Source of the DNA: a virus
Taxonomy: Duplodnaviria > Heunggongvirae > Uroviricota > Caudoviricetes
Virus record (IMG/VR): IMGVR_UViG_3300022692_000031
Coordinates: 1-5,945 of that record
Length of the DNA: 5,945 bases
Reading direction: 5' to 3' (one strand)
A model generated the notes under the pieces. It did not search any database. It saw only the letters and a program-made list of their open reading frames with translations, and was not told the origin of the DNA. The position numbers and the translations under genes were made by a program. Positions 5,696 through 5,945 of this stretch are shown piece after piece; position 1 is the stretch's first letter, and the number at the start of each line of letters is the position of its first letter.

Positions 5696-5814
5696 GGCAA
5701 GGAATAAACAATAAAACGTGAAGTAATACTTCAACTGGCGAATAATACCCGACAGTAATCACTCTGCGCAATAGCGTGGCCTTTTTCGAATTGCGGGCTG
5801 TAGTCTCCCTTCTG

Positions 5815-5945
5815 CCGGGTGTCCTGGTTGCAGATTTCTTCATGGGGTAGGGTTCGGCAGTTAAAGCAGCGATGGCGCTGGGGCGTCGTGCAACTGGCGT
5901 TGAGCTGGATACCGGGCGTTTTGAACAGACTGCGCAGGAAATCAG
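5815..5945 (+). pseudogene. Decayed 3' fragment of a second DNA methyltransferase gene (runs past the window edge)
   Basis: About 130 nt are roughly 85-90 percent identical to the 3' end of the intact methyltransferase gene (4283-4418). In the equivalent frame, motif I reads FMG-stop-GSA because TAG at 5848-5850 replaces TCG; there is no upstream coding sequence or start. Confidence 0.75.

Noticed and set aside
5634-5843. 69-aa - strand ORF
   Set aside because: It spans both convergent terminator hairpins and the start of the methyltransferase pseudogene, so it is not a plausible coding region.
1-5945. CRISPR array, insertion sequence or integrase
   Set aside because: No regularly spaced direct repeats, no terminal inverted repeats around a transposase-like ORF, and no recombinase ORF were seen.

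Overview
This window looks like the nin-to-late-gene junction of a lambdoid (Qin- or Stx-phage-like) enterobacterial prophage, with every credible gene on the + strand. In order: the 3' end of a Hok-family type I toxin gene, a small ORF of unknown function, a DUF968/YdfU-like protein with an HNH-like motif, the RusA Holliday-junction resolvase, a Q-type late antiterminator with candidate PR' and tR' sites, a small winged-helix ORF, a beta-class DPPY DNA methyltransferase, two phage-borne tRNAs (Ile2-CAU and Arg-UCG), an AT-rich gene for a putative lipoprotein homologous to TolA C-terminal domain III, convergent terminators, and a decayed copy of the methyltransferase 3' end at the right edge. 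The most unusual item is the TolA-III-like lipoprotein, which sits where Stx phages carry stx and is bracketed by direct repeats of the methyltransferase 3' end. All homology statements come from reading the translations against remembered sequences; no database search was run.
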